Origin: an uncultured virus (IMG/VR IMGVR_UViG_3300030117_007285)
Taxonomy: Duplodnaviria; Heunggongvirae; Uroviricota; Caudoviricetes
Direction: 5' to 3' (one strand)
Virus record (IMG/VR): IMGVR_UViG_3300030117_007285
Span: 55,593 to 75,592 of that record
DNA length: 20,000 nucleotides
Positions 15,747-20,000 of the stretch are shown here, piece after piece (the first letter of the stretch is position 1; each line of letters starts with the position of its first letter). Under the pieces are notes generated by a model, which saw only the letters and a list, made by a program, of their open reading frames with translations, was not told where the DNA came from and did no database searches. Both the position numbers and the translations under genes were made by a program.

Positions 15747-16413
15747 GATAACAATAGGTGGAAGCTTGGGCGCCCTACAATGGGCTTATCAACACGGGAC
15801 TAGGTTGATAATAAACAAGCTTTTATCCCCTCCTCCCTATGAGCCCCCAAGCACTAAACTCGCTTGGGGGCTACTTTATTACAAATTGATGATGGACGGC
15901 AAGATAATTGGCGGTGATTACGTTAACGCTGTTAAAATCCATGACGACGATGTTATCGTTGTGTGTAAAAACAATGTAATAAATAAAATAGATTACAGTG
16001 AAATCACAGTATTTGATGATAAGAATGTTATGGGACTACCAGATCAGAAAGAGCAGGCTGATCGATATATTGTGGTTGATTCGATGTCTGCGGTTTGTTT
16101 TGTATTTAAAGATGAGAAATTTTGTCATAAAACAAATGATGATCTGGTTTCCGAAATACACATCCAGAAAGATCATATGAACAGCCCAGCTGAGATATCA
16201 GTTGTGTCTAATTTAAATAAGCAACAACTACATGATTTTAATTTTTCTGATACGATGGCCAAGTTTAAAACAGAGACGATATTAAAAGATTTAGGATTTG
16301 TCGGCAATTATATGAAGAGAGATGAAATTGTTTTAGAGGTTGATAAAAGAAATATTCAAACGAAAATGAATATATACGAAGAAACAGAAAAGATAAAGTT
16401 TGTTTATGAATGA
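15730..16413 (+). CDS. Hypothetical protein with Rossmann-like N-terminus
   Basis: KITIGGSLGALQWAY resembles a degenerate dinucleotide-binding beta-alpha motif. ATG 15730 is preferred. Confidence 0.55.
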   Translation: MSQGVKITIGGSLGALQWAYQHGTRLIINKLLSPPPYEPPSTKLAWGLLYYKLMMDGKIIGGDYVNAVKIHDDDVIVVCKNNVINKIDYSEITVFDDKNVMGLPDQKEQADRYIVVDSMSAVCFVFKDEKFCHKTNDDLVSEIHIQKDHMNSPAEISVVSNLNKQQLHDFNFSDTMAKFKTETILKDLGFVGNYMKRDEIVLEVDKRNIQTKMNIYEETEKIKFVYE

Positions 16414-17311
16414 TCCAGCAATAACAATAAAAAATCAATCACATGTAAATTTGGCAGGGATAGTACCAGTTGCTGGCCAGCCACTTGATTTTAATTTTCC
16501 ATGGCATGATAGCTTGATGCCAATTGGTCATAACTATCTTGCTGTTGAAAAAGCAGTCTTTGATTGTGTCGTTGCAGGGTGTAATACAGTTTGGCTTGTT
16601 TGTCCAAAAGACATGCAACCACTTATTAGATATCGTCTGGGCGATTGGGTTGTAGATCCAGTGCGTTATGATAAAGGACATACGTTCGGTAATAGACCAA
16701 AAGTATATGAGGTACCAATTTATTATACACCTATGCACCCAAAAGACACAGGCCGAAGAGATTGTCTTTCTTGGAGCATTATTACTGGAGCACAATACGC
16801 TTGGCATGTGAGTAGAAAGATTAGTAGATTTGCATACCCGGACAAATACTTTGTCTCTTTTCCCTATGGAATGTTTTCACCGTGGTGGTTGAAAGATCAT
16901 AGAACAAGAATACGTAAGACAGATAAAAACTTTTTTGCTGAGTGTGAGGGCAAAAACTTTAAAGACGGGAGCTACTTGCCGTTTACTTTCTTTTCAGAAG
17001 ATTTTTTAGAGTGTCGAAAACATTTTAGAAAGAGCGAAACAAAAGGTTATGACGATAAATTAAATAAACTAAAAGCATCAGAAAGTTGGTCCGGTCGGTT
17101 TTTTACACATGATTTTGTCTTTGATAAAGTAAATACTCAAGAGGGATATACTTGTGATTTACCTTGGTATTATAATGTTGATTCTTGGGATGGTCTAAGA
17201 ACTTGGCTGGCGAGCGAGCACGGTTTAGAAAGACCCAAAGACTTTTTAATGTCTTACAATGAATGGAACCCACTAGGAGTAGATATTGAAGAAGACGATA
17301 AAAATAATTAA
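16406..17311 (+). CDS. Divergent sugar-phosphate nucleotidyltransferase-like (GT-A fold) protein
   Basis: LAGIVPVAG...SLMPIG...AVEKAVFDCVVAGCNTVWLV and the late WYYNVDSWDGL follow the NTP_transferase layout. The GxGTR...PK residues are replaced. ATGAATGA overlap with the upstream gene. Confidence 0.65.
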   Translation: MNDPAITIKNQSHVNLAGIVPVAGQPLDFNFPWHDSLMPIGHNYLAVEKAVFDCVVAGCNTVWLVCPKDMQPLIRYRLGDWVVDPVRYDKGHTFGNRPKVYEVPIYYTPMHPKDTGRRDCLSWSIITGAQYAWHVSRKISRFAYPDKYFVSFPYGMFSPWWLKDHRTRIRKTDKNFFAECEGKNFKDGSYLPFTFFSEDFLECRKHFRKSETKGYDDKLNKLKASESWSGRFFTHDFVFDKVNTQEGYTCDLPWYYNVDSWDGLRTWLASEHGLERPKDFLMSYNEWNPLGVDIEEDDKNN

Positions 17312-17336
17312 CGAAGCACTATTCTATGTTTTGTTC

Positions 17337-17365
17337 TTGACACTTTTATTAGGATTTAGTAGTAT
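17337..17365 (+). promoter_or_regulatory. sigma70-type promoter of dnaE
   Basis: TTGACA (17337-17342), 17-nt spacer, TAGTAT (17360-17365). RBS GGGAG before ATG 17398. Confidence 0.75.
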
Positions 17366-17397
17366 GTATCAGTTACAAAGATTGTTTGGGAGAAAGA

Positions 17398-20000
17398 ATG
17401 ACAGATAGAATACAAAGCAGCATTCCTTTTGTGGGGCTTCACGCTCATAGCGGAACCGGTAGTCCTTTTGATGGTCTTGGTTATCCTAGTGAACATATGG
17501 ACTTTGCTTATCAAAATGGCAATGATGCCCTTGCTCTTACTGATCATGGCAACATGAATGGATTTGCTTATCAAGTTCAACATGCACAGAAAATGATGAA
17601 AGAGGGTAAAGACTTCAAGCCTATTTTTGGTGTTGAAGCTTACTTCCTGCCTAGCATTGAAGAGTGGCGAGAAGAACTGGAGCGCGTCAAAGAAGATAAA
17701 AAAGCAAAGAAGTCGATTGATAAATCGGCCTCTGGAACAACTATTGAGAATGAAGAAAACAAAAGAGAAGTTAAAAATATTCTCAATCGTCGACGCCATC
17801 TTATCTTATTAGCACAGAACCAGAAAGGTCTAAACAACATCTTCTCTCTTGTATCAAAGTCATACAGAGAGGAAAACTTCTATCGCTTCCCGCGCATCGA
17901 TTATGCTATGCTGAAAGAGCACAACGAAGGTGTAATCGCAGCCTCGGCTTGTCTTGGTGGAGTATACGCTGGAAACTTCTGGGAAAACCGTGAACAAGGT
18001 GATGAAGCTGTACTTAATGCTATGCGCGAAACAACCAGAAACATGGTTGGTGTTTTTGGTGATCGTTGGTACGGTGAACTTCAATGGAACAATGTACCAG
18101 AACAGCATCAATTAAACCGTCTAATTGTAAAAGTTTGTAATGAATTTGGCGTCGAATTGATTTCTACGGCTGATAGTCACTATCCAAACAGAACTGCCTG
18201 GAAAGATCGAGAACTTTACAAAAGACTGGGTTGGCTAAGTAGAGGTATGCCCAAGTGGGCAACAAACACGGAACTCCCAGAGGGCGTTGAAGAAATTGGT
18301 TACGAATTGTTTCCAAAGAATGGCGACCAGATGTGGGAGGCGTATAAAGAATATTCACAAAAAGTAGGAGTACAGTACGATGATAATATTATCCGAAGAT
18401 CTATTGAAAGAACGCATCAAATCGCTCACGAAAGAATTGAACGGTTTATGCCAGACAACACAGTTCGCTTACCAAGCTTTGTGGTTCCCGCTGGACAGAC
18501 TCCCGATAGAGCCCTTGTCGCTGCTTGTGTGGATGGGCTTAGAGGGCTTGGCTTAACAAACAACCCAGAGTATGTTCAACGACTAAAAGAAGAGATGAAC
18601 GTAATCAGCGAGCGTGGCTTTAGCAAATATTTCTTAACTATGAAGTCTATCGCTGATAAAGCAACAGAAGTTCAGCTAACAGGTGCTGGACGTGGTTCTG
18701 CTGCTGGTTCTTTAGTTGCTTATGCTCTTGGCATCACACAAGTTGATCCTATCAAATATAATCTTCTATTCTCTCGTTTTATGACGAAAGATTCGAAAGA
18801 CTATCCTGATATCGATTATGATGTTTCTAATCCAATGGAACTTAAAGAAATGTTGATTGATGAGTGGGGCGGCAACACCGTGGTTCCTATCTCTAACTTT
18901 AACAAACTTCAGTTACGTTCTTTAATTAAGGATATTGCAAAATTCTATGAGGTTCCATTTGTAGAGGCAAACTCTGTGACTTCTAAGATGCTCGCAGAAG
19001 CGACCCCTATTGCAAAAAAGAAACACGGTATTAAGGCTGGTGTGTATGCGCCTACGTTTGAAGAGGTGATGGAGTATTCTGACTCCCTCAAAGCGTTTCT
19101 AAGAAAATACCCCAAGATTAAAACTCATGTCGAGGCTTTAGTTGGCGAGGTTCGTTCTGTATCTCGTCACGCTGGTGGCGTTGTTATTGGCGAAGAATTA
19201 GACAAGTATATGCCACTTATTAACTCTGGTGGTGTAACTCAAACGCCTTGGTCTGAAGGTCAGCATGTTCGACAACTAGAGCCAATGGGTTTTATTAAGT
19301 TTGACATTCTTGGCCTTTCCACTTTGAAAATGATTGAAGGTGCTGTCTATCACATTTTAAAGAAACAAGGAAACCCAGACCCCAGCTTTGATGACATTAA
19401 AAAGTTTTATGATAAACATTTACACCCTGATAGTATAAATCTAAAAGACAAGAAAGTCTATGAGAATATCTTTTGGAAGGGTAAGTGGGCCGGAATATTC
19501 CAGTTCGCTGAGAAGGGGGCTCAGAACTTTTGTAAAAGAACGAAGCCAAAGAATATTATTGATATTGCCTCTATCACTTCTATCTATCGTCCTGGTCCGC
19601 TGTCCGCGAACGTTCACGAGGACTTTGTAGAAGCAAAAGAAAACCCAAGAGGTATTCGCTATGGGCATGATATTGTAAAAGAAGTTACAAAAGAAACTTA
19701 CGGTTTCCTTATCTTCCAAGAGCAAATTGCTTTGTTGGCCCATAGATTGGGCAAAGACTTGTCTCTGGATGAAGGTAACAAGCTCCGTAAGCTATTAACT
19801 AAAAAGGGCACTGGAGCAGCTGCCGAACAAAAAAATAAAATAAAACTTAAGTTTATTCAAGGATGTATCGATAAAGGTTTAAAGGAACAATGGGCAGAAA
19901 AAATGTGGGCGAAGTTTGAATACTTCTCCGGCTATGGTTTCAATAAATCTCATGCTGTTTCTTATTCCATTATATCTTTTCAATGTGCTTGGCTATTTAA
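17398..20000 (+). CDS. dnaE: DNA polymerase III alpha subunit (partial, runs off the window; not in ORF track)
   Basis: Manual translation gives PHP motifs LHAHS..SPFDG, LTDHGNM, FGVEAY, HLILLA, SACLGG and TADSHY. Polymerase motifs are GRGSAAGS, YPDIDYD, SRHAGG, KFDILGL, GIFQF, YRPGP, TYGFLIFQEQ and YGFNKSHA. Confidence 0.95.
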   Translation, partial: MTDRIQSSIPFVGLHAHSGTGSPFDGLGYPSEHMDFAYQNGNDALALTDHGNMNGFAYQVQHAQKMMKEGKDFKPIFGVEAYFLPSIEEWREELERVKEDKKAKKSIDKSASGTTIENEENKREVKNILNRRRHLILLAQNQKGLNNIFSLVSKSYREENFYRFPRIDYAMLKEHNEGVIAASACLGGVYAGNFWENREQGDEAVLNAMRETTRNMVGVFGDRWYGELQWNNVPEQHQLNRLIVKVCNEFGVELISTADSHYPNRTAWKDRELYKRLGWLSRGMPKWATNTELPEGVEEIGYELFPKNGDQMWEAYKEYSQKVGVQYDDNIIRRSIERTHQIAHERIERFMPDNTVRLPSFVVPAGQTPDRALVAACVDGLRGLGLTNNPEYVQRLKEEMNVISERGFSKYFLTMKSIADKATEVQLTGAGRGSAAGSLVAYALGITQVDPIKYNLLFSRFMTKDSKDYPDIDYDVSNPMELKEMLIDEWGGNTVVPISNFNKLQLRSLIKDIAKFYEVPFVEANSVTSKMLAEATPIAKKKHGIKAGVYAPTFEEVMEYSDSLKAFLRKYPKIKTHVEALVGEVRSVSRHAGGVVIGEELDKYMPLINSGGVTQTPWSEGQHVRQLEPMGFIKFDILGLSTLKMIEGAVYHILKKQGNPDPSFDDIKKFYDKHLHPDSINLKDKKVYENIFWKGKWAGIFQFAEKGAQNFCKRTKPKNIIDIASITSIYRPGPLSANVHEDFVEAKENPRGIRYGHDIVKEVTKETYGFLIFQEQIALLAHRLGKDLSLDEGNKLRKLLTKKGTGAAAEQKNKIKLKFIQGCIDKGLKEQWAEKMWAKFEYFSGYGFNKSHAVSYSIISFQCAWLF

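Noticed and set aside
39..19743. All minus-strand ORFs and short alternate-frame plus-strand ORFs in the track (e.g. 3310-3624, 11969-12373, 17356-17799, 19441-19743, 2961-3242, 14378-14584)
   Set aside because: They are shadows of well-supported + strand genes and have no recognisable motifs.
1..20000. Stop-codon reassignment, CRISPR arrays, tRNAs, introns/inteins, integrase or IS elements
   Set aside because: TAA, TAG and TGA all end genes and coding density is high in the standard code. I noticed no repeat-spacer array, cloverleaf or mobile-element motifs, and the helicase, RNR and DnaE show no large insertions.

Overview
This 20 kb window comes from a large, AT-rich, lytic-type tailed phage genome, probably a myovirus from a metagenomic assembly (two 10-N gaps). 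All credible genes are on the + strand, tightly packed, and use the standard genetic code. Positions 1-4396 are the end of a virion/baseplate module: a partial tail or baseplate gene, a LysM/gp53-like wedge protein, a large hub-like protein and an unknown gene. Near-consensus sigma70 promoters then open a replication module. It encodes a minimal family-A DNA polymerase, a degenerate tubulin/FtsZ-fold protein, a gp32-like SSB, a RecA/UvsX recombinase, a stand-alone 5'-3' exonuclease, a DnaB/gp41-like helicase, a class II (B12) ribonucleotide reductase, DsbA/GapR-like and GroES-like proteins, a degenerate Rossmann-like plus nucleotidyltransferase-like pair, and a DnaE (Pol III alpha) that runs off the window and is absent from the ORF track. 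Small exported or membrane proteins are interspersed, including an apparent homolog of the myxobacterial gliding protein CglF/GltF and a Cys/Tyr-rich lipoprotein, which suggests a Myxococcota/Bdellovibrionota-type host. All family calls come from motif recognition by eye; no database searches were run.
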